Virus record (IMG/VR): IMGVR_UViG_3300032219_000873
Direction: 5' to 3' (one strand)
Origin: an uncultured virus (IMG/VR IMGVR_UViG_3300032219_000873)
Taxonomy: Duplodnaviria > Heunggongvirae > Uroviricota > Caudoviricetes
Length of the DNA: 64,000 nucleotides
The notes below the pieces were generated by a model. That model saw only the letters and a list, made by a program, of their open reading frames with translations, ran no database searches and was not told the DNA's origin. Made by a program: the position numbers and the translations under genes. Shown piece by piece: positions 37,988-47,710 of this stretch (positions within the stretch are counted from its first letter, which is position 1; the number at the start of each line of letters is the position of its first letter).

Positions 37988-38269
37988 GTGGCTGAAAAAA
38001 AGAAGTTTGGACCGTACAAGGGCTCTAAGGCTAACGGCGGTCGACCTATTTACGTCTACAAAGAAAAGGTAGATGGTAAGTGGGTCACAACTTCTAAGAA
38101 CAAGGCTCGTGCAGACTACGAGTCTGAAAACGGCAAGATTAAGAGCAAGAAAAAGACCGTAGACCACAAAAACAACAATCACTCGGATGACCGTAAGGGT
38201 AACCTTCAATTGTTGGATAAAGGCAAGAATACCGCTAAAGAAAACAAGCGTAGAGTAGGAAAGAAATAA
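37988..38269 (+). CDS. Basic protein with HNH-like motif
   Basis: VDHKNNNHSDDRKGNLQLL...N. Confidence 0.7.
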   Translation: MAEKKKFGPYKGSKANGGRPIYVYKEKVDGKWVTTSKNKARADYESENGKIKSKKKTVDHKNNNHSDDRKGNLQLLDKGKNTAKENKRRVGKK

Positions 38270-38559
38270 TGGCAACTAAACCAAAGATGACTGGTCCATA
38301 TAAGAAGGCTGCTGACGAGAAAAAGGACGCTTATCTAATGAAGAAGGCTGGCCTTGACAAGGAGCAGAAGGAAAAGTTTGAAAAGATGGACAAGGCTCAC
38401 GGAGCAAAAAAGAAGCCTAAGACTCTTCAAGAAGACAAGAAGATTGATAAGGGCATAATCAAGAAGATTAAGTCTGATGAGAAGCGCCACGAAGCTCGTG
38501 AGGGCAAAAAGGGTGAAAAAGCTGAAGATAAGCGCGAGAAGAAGGCTGGAAAGAAGTAA
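38269..38559 (+). CDS. Lys/Glu-rich microprotein
   Basis: TAATG coupling. Confidence 0.75.
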   Translation: MATKPKMTGPYKKAADEKKDAYLMKKAGLDKEQKEKFEKMDKAHGAKKKPKTLQEDKKIDKGIIKKIKSDEKRHEAREGKKGEKAEDKREKKAGKK

Positions 38560-38729
38560 TGGCTGACCCAAAGAAAATCGGAAAGGTCATGAAAGAGTAC
38601 AAGGCAGGAACCCTGCACTCTGGAAAAGACCCTAAGGGACCTAAGAAAGCTCCAGTTGTAAAGTCTAAGAAGCAAGCTGTGGCTATTGCTATGTCTGAGG
38701 CTGGCATGAGCAAGAAGAAAAAGAAGTAA
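38559..38729 (+). CDS. 56 aa Lys-rich microprotein
   Basis: Read manually: KVMKEYKAGTLHSGK...KQAVAIAMSEAG. Confidence 0.75.
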   Translation: MADPKKIGKVMKEYKAGTLHSGKDPKGPKKAPVVKSKKQAVAIAMSEAGMSKKKKK

Positions 38730-38866
38730 TGGCTCGTCCGAAGAAGAAGGTAGAGGGGCTTGACCCTAAAAAACCTTCCTACGAGAAGCAGCCCCAAATG
38801 AAGCGCAATCAAAACTTGCCTGCTCGAATGAAGAACTCTAAGGGCCACATGAAGGGCAAGAAGTAA
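38729..38866 (+). CDS. 45 aa Lys-rich microprotein
   Basis: Read manually; TAATG coupling. Confidence 0.6.
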   Translation: MARPKKKVEGLDPKKPSYEKQPQMKRNQNLPARMKNSKGHMKGKK

Positions 38867-38922
38867 TGTGCGGGTGTCAAAACTGCGGTTGCGGTAAAAA
38901 AGATGATAGGCTACCTAACTAG
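38866..38922 (+). CDS. 18 aa Cys-rich peptide (MCGCQNCGCGKK...)
   Basis: TAATG coupling. Confidence 0.4.
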   Translation: MCGCQNCGCGKKDDRLPN

Positions 38923-38942
38923 AACCCTGACAAGGAGCTAGT

Positions 38943-39338
38943 GTGGCTGACAAGCATTCCCTCACCAATGTCGATGAAGACGCTCTGGTGGGGGATTGTC
39001 TTATTTGTGGGCCGTCTATTAGAGTTCGTAAGAGTTACGTAAAAAAGCCTAATCAAAAACAGTACTATCGCTGTTACCGCAAATATTTAGTTACCAAGAC
39101 GTCGATTGAGAGACCTTGGGACTTCCATCGAAAAGACCATTGTGAACGCTGTGGGTTCTTACCTGAGCACGACTGCCAACTTACCGTGGACCACATTGAC
39201 GGGAACAAGTACAACAACAGCCCCTCAAATTTCAGGACTCTGTGTGCTAACTGCCACAACTTAAAGAGTTACCTTAATAAAGACCACTTTACTCGTTACC
39301 GTTCACCCCTCGTAACCCCTGATTCTTCCCTATCCTAG
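38943..39338 (+). CDS. HNH endonuclease
   Basis: CERCG...VDHIDGNKYNNSPSNFRTLCANCH; AAGGAG RBS. Confidence 0.9.
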   Translation: MADKHSLTNVDEDALVGDCLICGPSIRVRKSYVKKPNQKQYYRCYRKYLVTKTSIERPWDFHRKDHCERCGFLPEHDCQLTVDHIDGNKYNNSPSNFRTLCANCHNLKSYLNKDHFTRYRSPLVTPDSSLS

Positions 39339-39406
39339 TAGTGCAGAACTCCGTGCGGAATCTGCCTAGCGTTGCTAGAACTGCGCCTCTGATTGGGGAT
39401 TTTGCT

Positions 39407-39616
39407 ATGTTTGCCAAGGATGTAAAGCCCTGGTGGGAGAGAGTCAACGACTACTACCTCTTTGAAGAAAGAGATGAGTTTGTTCGTGGAGCCACCGACT
39501 ACCAGCCTAACAACCGCCAAGAAGCAATGGTCGCGCAGTTACTCGCAGGCTATGTTCCAAACAGCAAACAGCAAACTCCACAGCCAATAGGTCGCAAAGT
39601 TGAACGACGTAATTAG
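39407..39616 (+). CDS. Hypothetical protein
   Basis: GGGGA RBS before ATG 39407. Confidence 0.6.
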   Translation: MFAKDVKPWWERVNDYYLFEERDEFVRGATDYQPNNRQEAMVAQLLAGYVPNSKQQTPQPIGRKVERRN

Positions 39617-39872
39617 CACCCTTCACAAGAGCATTCAAAAGAAAACCGTAGGTCTATCTAGAGACCTACGTAGCTCTGCCATGCACAGTGGCTGGCCTGA
39701 AGGTCTTGCACGTTCCCTCAGCGTTAACTCCTCCGAAGGTAAAGTCAGCATTGACTACCCTGATGAGCTACGCAACGACATCCACTCCTGGGAGTACGGC
39801 ACTGAAGACCGCCGTCCAAATGCTGTAATGCGCCGTTTTATGAACCGTGTCGATAGCAAGTTGGAGGGATAA
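39600..39872 (+). CDS. Tail-completion/neck-like protein
   Basis: WEYGTE..RP...RRF, EYGT motif. Confidence 0.6.
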   Translation: MNDVISTLHKSIQKKTVGLSRDLRSSAMHSGWPEGLARSLSVNSSEGKVSIDYPDELRNDIHSWEYGTEDRRPNAVMRRFMNRVDSKLEG

Positions 39873-39873
39873 C

Positions 39874-40521
39874 ATGACATTTTTGCTATCTGAAGACAAG
39901 GCTCTGCGTGAAAGACTGCAGGGTATGACAGTCACTGACCAGAAAGCTGATGAAGAAGGCGTTGTCAGACAGGTAAACGTCTGGTTTGGTCAGCCTGACC
40001 AAGAAATTCGTGCTCAGACTTACCCCTACATCACTATTGACATGATTGACGTTAATCGTGACAATCTCCGTGAAATGCGCGGCAAGACTAATGCCGCTTA
40101 CTTACAGGGAGACGTAGTCGTCGGTACAGATGAGGCATTTGAGATTGATTTGCCTATTCCTGTAAACGTTGACTACCAAATTACAACGTATTCTAGGCAC
40201 CCTAGACATGACCGCTCTATTATGAGTCAGTTACTAGGGATAAAGTTACCTATTAGATTTGGCACGCTAGAGCTGGATGACAATACTGTCCGAAGGCTTG
40301 ACGTGTTAGACATCACTAAAAGAGATGTCACCGAGCAGTCCAAACGGCTGTTTATCAACGCAATAACCGTGCGAGTCTCTAGTGAGATTTCGCAGGCAAC
40401 TTACAAAATCCTCAACAAGGTTCTTGAAGTCCACATTGATGACCCCGCTCCTTCGCGTGATGGTGGTCGTACGATGGACCCAGTTTATCTGGGGACTGGC
40501 GAGCAAGTACTTTCAGCATAA
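39874..40521 (+). CDS. Probable tail terminator/completion protein
   Basis: Precedes sheath; YPYITI...PIPVNVDYQIT. Confidence 0.65.
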   Translation: MTFLLSEDKALRERLQGMTVTDQKADEEGVVRQVNVWFGQPDQEIRAQTYPYITIDMIDVNRDNLREMRGKTNAAYLQGDVVVGTDEAFEIDLPIPVNVDYQITTYSRHPRHDRSIMSQLLGIKLPIRFGTLELDDNTVRRLDVLDITKRDVTEQSKRLFINAITVRVSSEISQATYKILNKVLEVHIDDPAPSRDGGRTMDPVYLGTGEQVLSA

Positions 40522-40563
40522 TTCGGAACCCATAGAAATAAACCAACTAGTTAGGAGATAAAG

Positions 40564-42057
40564 ATGACTTATGGTCGTCCAGGCGTCTACATCAGCGAGC
40601 GCCTACTTCCTGCGCCTATTACCGTGACTGGAACCGCAAACGCTGCGGGTGCCGCTCTCGGTGTATTTGCTCAGGGTCCCGAAACTGTAACTCGTATTAC
40701 TTCATGGTATGACTTTGTACAGAAGTTTGGCAGTTACAGCATTTCATTCCCAGCTACCTTCGGTGTAGCTCAGTTCTTCCAGAATGGTGGCTCTGAGTTG
40801 TATGTGAAGCGTGTGCTGGCATCTGGCGCTGCTGCCGCATCTGTAACCATTCCTCGTACTGGAACTGGTGCTGCTGTAGGTAGCGTGGTAGCTAAGAACC
40901 GCGGTGCAGACGGAAACAACCTACGAATTCAGATTACTGCTGCAGCCATCTCTGGCTACTACAACCTATCTGTTTTCAAGGAAATCCCTTCTAGCCCAGA
41001 CAACGATGTTCTGCTGGAGCAGTTTACCAACGTACTATTCAACGACACTGCGTCGTCGGACTACGTAGTAACTGTAGTTAACCAGTCTTCAGCTAACATT
41101 TCTGTCACTATCACTGACAATGTGACTGCCCCAGCAACTTCTGGAACCCCACTACCACTAACTGGTGGTACTAACGGAACCGCTCCTGTTGCGGCTGACT
41201 ATGTCACTGCCGTTGCTGATTTCTCCACTGTGGCTCAGCCTCTAGTAATTTTTGCTCCAGAGATTATCACGGTGCTAGGCGCTACTAACGGCAAGCTTGT
41301 ACAAGATGCAGTTATCAGCTGGGCTAAAGTTAACGATGGTTTTGCTGTAGTCGACACTGACGACGGCCTATCAGTTGCTCAGGCTGTTACCTATGCAACT
41401 GGTTTAGGTGCTACTAGCCACGCGGCTGTTTACTACCCAAACATCTTCATCGCAGACCCACTAGGCCGTAGCTCTTCTTCGCTACGTAAGCTTGGCCCTG
41501 CAGGTGCAATGGCTGGACAGTACATCGCAACTGACAAGCAGACTGGGCCATTCAAGGCTCCAGCTGGTGTTCGTGCTCAGGTTCGTGGGGCAGTAGCTCT
41601 AGAGAAGACTCTAACTTCTACTGAGTTAGACACCCTAAACTCCGCTGCAACTCCTGTTAACGCTCTTCGTAGCCTTCCAGGTGCAGGCATCGTAGCAATG
41701 GGTGGCCGTACCCTTCTACAGGACGGTACCGCTAACCGCTACGTCAACATGCGTCGCTCCCTCATTTACATCAAGAAGAGCTTGAAGGACCTAACTGAGT
41801 TCGCACTCTTTGAGAACAACGATGAGCGTCTATGGAACCGAATCAGCACTGCTGTGACTGTATTCCTAAACGACTACCGCAACCAAGGCGGTCTACGTGG
41901 TGCTACTCAGGCTGAGGCTTTCTTCGTGAAGGTAGACGCCGAGAACAACACTCCAGAGTCCATTGCTAACGGTGAAGTACGTATTGAGATTGGTGTTGCT
42001 CTGCAGTACCCAGCTGAGTTCGTAGTCATCACCTTGAGCCAGAAGACTGCTAACTAA
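40564..42057 (+). CDS. Tail sheath protein
   Basis: RPGVYISE, FFQNGG, KAPAG, RYVNMRR, FENND..LW, PAEFVVI. Confidence 0.95.
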   Translation: MTYGRPGVYISERLLPAPITVTGTANAAGAALGVFAQGPETVTRITSWYDFVQKFGSYSISFPATFGVAQFFQNGGSELYVKRVLASGAAAASVTIPRTGTGAAVGSVVAKNRGADGNNLRIQITAAAISGYYNLSVFKEIPSSPDNDVLLEQFTNVLFNDTASSDYVVTVVNQSSANISVTITDNVTAPATSGTPLPLTGGTNGTAPVAADYVTAVADFSTVAQPLVIFAPEIITVLGATNGKLVQDAVISWAKVNDGFAVVDTDDGLSVAQAVTYATGLGATSHAAVYYPNIFIADPLGRSSSSLRKLGPAGAMAGQYIATDKQTGPFKAPAGVRAQVRGAVALEKTLTSTELDTLNSAATPVNALRSLPGAGIVAMGGRTLLQDGTANRYVNMRRSLIYIKKSLKDLTEFALFENNDERLWNRISTAVTVFLNDYRNQGGLRGATQAEAFFVKVDAENNTPESIANGEVRIEIGVALQYPAEFVVITLSQKTAN

Positions 42058-42073
42058 TTAAGGAGATAGACAA

Positions 42074-42688
42074 ATGCCTATTCTAAACAACAGGTCAACT
42101 CTAGAGACTGACCCAATCAGAAATTTTAGGTTTCTGGTTACCTTCACCCCTCACTCCAAGGACGCCACTTGGTTAAGCCCTGTAACTCTAGGGTTTACTT
42201 CGGTTGGCGGACTAGCGGTCACCACTGACTCTATTCCTTACCGTGAGGGTGGATATAACACCACTGTTCACCAGATTCCTGGTCAGACCACCTTTGCACC
42301 TATTACGCTTCAGCGTGGTGTAATCGTTGGTACTAACCAGAACTGGAAGTGGATGCGTGAGCTGTTTGCTACCGTAGAAGGTGGCTCATCCAACACCCTT
42401 GCTAAGAGCTTCCGTGCAGACCTAGAGATTGCAGTGCTAACCCACCCAATCCCTGGCTCTACCCAGGTTAGCGGAGCAGGCACTGCTGGAGATGACCACG
42501 TCTCCCTTCGTTTCAAGGTCTACAACGCATGGCCTACCAGCGTTGCATACTCAGACCTAAACGCAGGTGACAACGCCATCTTCGTTGAGCAGATGACCTT
42601 GGTTCACGAGGGATTTGACCTCAACTGGGCACCTAACCTAAGCAGCACCGCAACAACCAGCTATGCAGCTGGAGCGGTTTCAGCGTAA
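42074..42688 (+). CDS. Tail tube protein, T4 gp19-like
   Basis: DPIRNFRF, YREGG, PITLQRG, NAWP, LVHEG. Confidence 0.95.
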   Translation: MPILNNRSTLETDPIRNFRFLVTFTPHSKDATWLSPVTLGFTSVGGLAVTTDSIPYREGGYNTTVHQIPGQTTFAPITLQRGVIVGTNQNWKWMRELFATVEGGSSNTLAKSFRADLEIAVLTHPIPGSTQVSGAGTAGDDHVSLRFKVYNAWPTSVAYSDLNAGDNAIFVEQMTLVHEGFDLNWAPNLSSTATTSYAAGAVSA

Positions 42689-42709
42689 ACATCTAAACTA
42701 AGGAACTAA

Positions 42710-43525
42710 ATGGAAAACAAGACCGTATCAGCATCACAAAACCCTGGCCTAGCTAACAAGCTAATTCAGCAGGCAATACAAGACGAAACCCCTGTCGTTG
42801 AAAAGGCAGAAGTAAAAGTTCCTTTCAGCAACGTGGTTGACCTTCCTGGCGGGTATGTAACATTCGCTGGGGAGGTCATCACCACGGCTGAGGTCCGAGA
42901 GCTTACAGGCCGAGATGAAGAGGTAATTATTAAAGCCTCTAACATTGGTAAAGCCCTCATCACTATCCTCAACAGAGGCGTAGTAAAGATTGGTAACACG
43001 GATGCAACTGAGCCGCTTCTAGATGAGCTACTTGTTGGTGACCGTGACGCACTGATTTTAGGTATCTACCGTGCAACTTTTGGTGACACCGTAGACCTAA
43101 GTGGATACGACACTTCTACTGGACAGGTAGAGTCCGTAACCGTAAACATCGTAGACGATATCAAGCACAGGGTGCTTACTGATGTCATAAACGAGCGCAG
43201 ATTTACAATTAAAGGCAAAAAGAACGAGTATGTAGTCGCACTACCTACGGGAGCTGCTCAAAAAGAAATGGCAGCATCATCCGACAAGAGTGTGTCTGAA
43301 CTTACATCAATTTTGCTGTACCACTGTGTAAAGGAAGTTAATGGTGGACCTGTTTACTCTCTAGAGCAGATTCGTGCTTTAGGAATTGCAGACCGTCAGA
43401 TGATTACCGAAGAGTTAACAAACCGAGCCCCTGGCCCACAATTTGACGACATAACTGTGCCAAACCCTGAAACCGATGGAAAGGTTGTGGTCCCAATTAG
43501 TCTTGGGGCTATCTTTCGACTCTAG
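42710..43525 (+). CDS. Tail assembly chaperone
   Basis: Between tube and tape measure; VRELTGRDEE. Confidence 0.7.
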   Translation: MENKTVSASQNPGLANKLIQQAIQDETPVVEKAEVKVPFSNVVDLPGGYVTFAGEVITTAEVRELTGRDEEVIIKASNIGKALITILNRGVVKIGNTDATEPLLDELLVGDRDALILGIYRATFGDTVDLSGYDTSTGQVESVTVNIVDDIKHRVLTDVINERRFTIKGKKNEYVVALPTGAAQKEMAASSDKSVSELTSILLYHCVKEVNGGPVYSLEQIRALGIADRQMITEELTNRAPGPQFDDITVPNPETDGKVVVPISLGAIFRL

Positions 43526-43547
43526 TATCTGCAGTTACGAACGACTG

Positions 43548-43679
43548 ATGCGAGAGTGGGCATTAATTGCCCAAAGTTTTACAGGGTGGAGTTTGACAGA
43601 AATTAAAGAGCTGTCTCCACGTGAACGAGATAACTGGATAGAAATAGCCAGAGAATCTGGAAAATTAGTAAGAGGCTAG
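43548..43679 (+). CDS. Second tail chaperone segment (possibly reached by +1 frameshift)
   Basis: GWSLTEIKELSPRERDNW, GpE/GT-like; no clear RBS. Confidence 0.6.
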   Translation: MREWALIAQSFTGWSLTEIKELSPRERDNWIEIARESGKLVRG

Positions 43680-43680
43680 T

Positions 43681-46050
43681 ATGGCAAAAGACGACGCTAT
43701 AGGGCTTGTCGCTCGGATTAACACCGAGTTAGACAAGGCTACCCAAAAAGCTGACAAGCTCCTAAAAGCACTGGGCAGTGGCAACAATGCCGCTGGCGGT
43801 GGCGGCGTCATGTCTGGCAGCCTTGGAAAAATTAGCACTCTAGCTAATAACTCCTTCCACATGAGCACCATGAGTGCTGCTGGTGGTCTTCTAAAGAGCG
43901 GTCTTGGAACCGCAGCAGTTGGCGCGTTTAACATGATGCCTTCTGTAGACGCCACCATTGGTCGCATGGGCGGGTTCTTTACTGCAGGTGTTCGCATGGG
44001 CGGAATTGGCACTGCCCAACTTCAGCGCAGCACAGGCTTAGGGTTAGCTGGCGGGCTAAGCTACGCAGGTGCTGACGCTGATGTCGCTGCCTACGCTTCT
44101 AGGGCATTTGTTTCTGGGAACAGCTCTGCTTATCAGGCTATGCTTCGTTCTGCAGGTAATGCTACTAAGTACCTAAACATGGACACGGTCCAAGCTTTTG
44201 CCGCAGTTGAGCAGCTTGGTTCAGGACAGGGTTCTGGAAACCTTATGTCTAGGTATGGCATCTTTACTACTGACCCAACCACTGGGCGCGAAAAGACTCA
44301 AGGACAGATATTCTCTGAACTTGCAGGCCGTCTAACTATGGGTCACAAGAAGATGAGTGTCGAAGACACCATGAAGAACCTTCGTGGCGGATTCCTTGGT
44401 TATGAGATTCGTAACTCAGGTATGAACGAAACTCAACAAGACTTGTTTTCTCAGTACATGATTGCCCAAGCAAAGGGTGTCAACATGGACTTGTCTGACG
44501 CAAGCGCCATGTCAAAGTTGAGCGACCCAAACGCTAACCCGTTCACTTCTGCGTACGCAATTAACACTGCGCAGACTGGCGCTATGCAGTCTGCTCAGGA
44601 CACCTATCTAAAAGCTATTAATGATGCTACCCCTGCTATCGTCGCAATGAATGACGCTGCAGGAAAACTTGCTAGCAGTTTTGTCGGTTACGCTAACGCT
44701 ATGGGCCAAACTCTTCTTGGAGACAAGGCTACTAGTGGAGGTCTAGGTGCTTTGGGTGGAGTAGCTCAAATGGCTATTGGCTCATTCTTAGGCGCAAAAG
44801 CTCTTGGGGGAATTGGTAAAGGAGGCTCTGCTAGTAAGGCTATGACCTCAACCAGTAAGGGTCCATCTGCCAGAGCTATGACTGGCGTTAAAGGTTTTGG
44901 AGCTAGTGCCGTCGCCGCTCTTGCAGGTGAAGGTATAAAAGCAGCTACTGGTAACCAGCAAGGTAGCCAGGGAAACAAACTTGGTAATGCACTATCCATG
45001 GCGGGAACATTTGCTAGCGTTGCTAGTTTGTCGGCGTTTATCCCTGGAGTTAACGCTTTTGCACCACTAATTATGGGTGGAGCTGCTCTTATCGGTGGAG
45101 GAATTGGTTACGCTACTGGTGGTGAAGAAAACAGCGTTGGTACTGGTGGTACCACTGACACTAGTGCAGGAGCATTCCAAAGACCTGTAGAGTCAACTGC
45201 TATTTCTGCTAGCTATGGTCAAAAAGGCTCTGTATGGGCAGCGGGCTACCACAAGGGAACAGACTACCCTGTACCTGTAGGCACAGCTGTGTATGCCGCT
45301 GCTGAAGGAACTGTTAGCAAGGCTCACCACGGAAGTGGAAGTCACTCGTTTGGCCTTTACGTTGCAATTGACCACGCAAACGGTTACACCACAATTTATG
45401 CTCACTTGTCACAGGCTCTAGTGCACCCAGGAGACAGCGTCACTAAGGGGCAGATAATTGGTAAGTCAGGTCAGTCTGGAAATGTCACAGGACCGCACCT
45501 TCACTTCGAAGTTCGCAAAAACGGTGTCGCGGTCAGCCCTGGTTCGCTGGCAGGAGGTGTGCAGGGAGGAGGCTCTCCAAGCACTGGTAAGGGAAACGGA
45601 ACTGCTAACGCAGTGACCAGAGGCTCTGAAGCTAACATCCTAGACTTAGTTCTAGGTAAAGGCTCAAGCGGAATTACCCCTTCTATCACTGTCTCTAATA
45701 GCGGTGTTAAAGGCAACTTCCAAACCAGCTCTCAAATGGTGGGAAACAGCATGAAAGGCGGAAGTCTGTCTTTAGCCTCACCTGTTATTGCGGCTACAGG
45801 AACTACGGCTGGGGTAGGTGGTGAAGGCAGCGCAATTGCTCTTGGAACGTCTAGTGTCGGTGCCCCCACGCCTCTATCTTCAGACTCCGCTATTTACGGC
45901 TCTCCAAGCATGTCTAGAGGAGCAAGCCCCGTTGTCAACATTTCAGTTAACTTGAGCAACAGCTCAGCCATGGAAGCTAAGAAACTAGCTGAGTTAGTTA
46001 AATCATATTTAGAAGAAGACGCTGCTCTAAGCAACGTAGGTAGGAGATAG
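43681..46050 (+). CDS. Tape measure protein with M23 peptidase domain
   Basis: Ala/Gly-rich helical region; HKGTD, YAHL, GPHLHFEVR. Confidence 0.85.
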   Translation: MAKDDAIGLVARINTELDKATQKADKLLKALGSGNNAAGGGGVMSGSLGKISTLANNSFHMSTMSAAGGLLKSGLGTAAVGAFNMMPSVDATIGRMGGFFTAGVRMGGIGTAQLQRSTGLGLAGGLSYAGADADVAAYASRAFVSGNSSAYQAMLRSAGNATKYLNMDTVQAFAAVEQLGSGQGSGNLMSRYGIFTTDPTTGREKTQGQIFSELAGRLTMGHKKMSVEDTMKNLRGGFLGYEIRNSGMNETQQDLFSQYMIAQAKGVNMDLSDASAMSKLSDPNANPFTSAYAINTAQTGAMQSAQDTYLKAINDATPAIVAMNDAAGKLASSFVGYANAMGQTLLGDKATSGGLGALGGVAQMAIGSFLGAKALGGIGKGGSASKAMTSTSKGPSARAMTGVKGFGASAVAALAGEGIKAATGNQQGSQGNKLGNALSMAGTFASVASLSAFIPGVNAFAPLIMGGAALIGGGIGYATGGEENSVGTGGTTDTSAGAFQRPVESTAISASYGQKGSVWAAGYHKGTDYPVPVGTAVYAAAEGTVSKAHHGSGSHSFGLYVAIDHANGYTTIYAHLSQALVHPGDSVTKGQIIGKSGQSGNVTGPHLHFEVRKNGVAVSPGSLAGGVQGGGSPSTGKGNGTANAVTRGSEANILDLVLGKGSSGITPSITVSNSGVKGNFQTSSQMVGNSMKGGSLSLASPVIAATGTTAGVGGEGSAIALGTSSVGAPTPLSSDSAIYGSPSMSRGASPVVNISVNLSNSSAMEAKKLAELVKSYLEEDAALSNVGRR

Positions 46051-46052
46051 TC

Positions 46053-47438
46053 ATGGCAGTAGGTGGAGTCGGTCCAAGAACGCCTAGGGCAACTCAAAAT
46101 CCTAGCGCTAGCACTAACAGGGGTGCGATTGTAATCACCAACCCAAATCAAGGAATTGACTATACCCGTGCTACGAACTCGCCTACTAAAGGCAGAACTT
46201 CTGCAAGTATGGCTACGCAGGACTCAAAGGCGCAACTTTCGGCTGCTAAAAATCAGTTAGATGACTTAGTAAGAGAAGAAAAAGTAGTTCTTGGAAAAAT
46301 TAAGACTATTTTAGCTGAGCTAAAACAGTTGCGAGAAGATAACCCAGGTGGGGTCAACAATTCTCTAATTATAAAAAAACAAAAAGAACTTACTGAACAG
46401 TACACCCGTTTATCTGAGATTAAAAACTTAAAGGCAGCTACTGCAAAGTTAATCAAGGAGTTTACATCCTCTGTAGCTGAAGCAGAAACTACTGCGGCTG
46501 CAAATGCTGCGGCTCAGCAACCTACCGTATTAAAAGAAGACAAGTCTGCAAAAATGAACCTTAGTGCCTGTAAAGACCTTTACTTCAGAGGTACTGAGCA
46601 GTTTATGGCCGAAACTAAAGACATCTCTGCAAACGCCCCTGGAAAGCCTGCCGAATGGCGAGACTACTTAGCTGACACAAGCTACAAGACCGCAGAAAAG
46701 CTGTGGGGGCTAGGTGTTGCAACTAAAGGTCGAATTCAAACGTTTGTGCCTCCTTCTACTGCAGGAACTGACAGCAAGGCAACTAAACCTAAAGACTCTT
46801 CGTCTGGCGGTTCTAACGTTGCTTTGGGGCGACGTATGTTTCAGTTTCACTATAACCCAGGCTCTGTAACCATGACTTATGGAAGCGTAAGTGGTGTTGA
46901 CCTTGGATTGATTGCTTCAGGTGGTGGATTGAGCAATGTGTACTCTGCTTTAGGTCAAGTGCAGTTTGAACTTCTAGTTAACCGTATGCCTGATATGAAG
47001 TACATCAAGCCAAATGGTAACTACCGTAAAGACGGAGTCAATTACTTAGAGGTGTACGACCGTGTCCCGCTGGGTGAGCAAGTGGGTAGACCAAACGAGC
47101 TTAAAGAGATTTATAACAAGGGCACAATGTATGACATTGAATTCTTATTAAAGATTCTTATGGGAGGTGTTTCCTACAAGAGCTGGTTGCGAGGAAACGA
47201 GCTAACTTCAGACTTAGGGTTTGCAATTCCTCAGCCTGTAGAACTGCACATGGGCAACCGTTTACGCTACGTAATTTCGGTGACAAACATCAGCCTAAAG
47301 CACGTTATTTTTAATGAGCGTATGGTGCCGCTGTTTACAACACTCTCTATTACAGCTAACCGTATTCCTGCAGACGCAATCGGTACTACAAACACAGACC
47401 TAAACGACGTTGGTTCTACTCAAGGAGGTAGCCAGTGA
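46053..47438 (+). CDS. Baseplate/tube-initiator-like protein
   Basis: FQFHYNP motif; position after TMP. Confidence 0.6.
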   Translation: MAVGGVGPRTPRATQNPSASTNRGAIVITNPNQGIDYTRATNSPTKGRTSASMATQDSKAQLSAAKNQLDDLVREEKVVLGKIKTILAELKQLREDNPGGVNNSLIIKKQKELTEQYTRLSEIKNLKAATAKLIKEFTSSVAEAETTAAANAAAQQPTVLKEDKSAKMNLSACKDLYFRGTEQFMAETKDISANAPGKPAEWRDYLADTSYKTAEKLWGLGVATKGRIQTFVPPSTAGTDSKATKPKDSSSGGSNVALGRRMFQFHYNPGSVTMTYGSVSGVDLGLIASGGGLSNVYSALGQVQFELLVNRMPDMKYIKPNGNYRKDGVNYLEVYDRVPLGEQVGRPNELKEIYNKGTMYDIEFLLKILMGGVSYKSWLRGNELTSDLGFAIPQPVELHMGNRLRYVISVTNISLKHVIFNERMVPLFTTLSITANRIPADAIGTTNTDLNDVGSTQGGSQ

Positions 47439-47710
47439 TTCTTTCAGATAGCAGATACTCAGACGGCACTTTACAAACAAACCTAGACTCACGTAAAGAC
47501 CTCTACTCAATCTCAGTTGGGCGTGTGTTCCCTGAAGATGTGCGTGCGTTCTTTTACTACACGTGGACTAGCGCTGACCGAATTGATTTAATCTCCTTGA
47601 GGTTCTTGGGTGACCCTGAGCTTTGGTGGCAGATTATGGACTTAAACCCTGAGTTATCCAACCCACTATCTATCCTTCCTGGAAGTCTGGTGCGGATACC
47701 AAGTGTCTAG
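47435..47710 (+). CDS. LysM/tail-X-like baseplate protein
   Basis: DRIDLISLRFLGDPELWWQIMDLNP...PGSLVRIP. Confidence 0.85.
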   Translation: MILSDSRYSDGTLQTNLDSRKDLYSISVGRVFPEDVRAFFYYTWTSADRIDLISLRFLGDPELWWQIMDLNPELSNPLSILPGSLVRIPSV

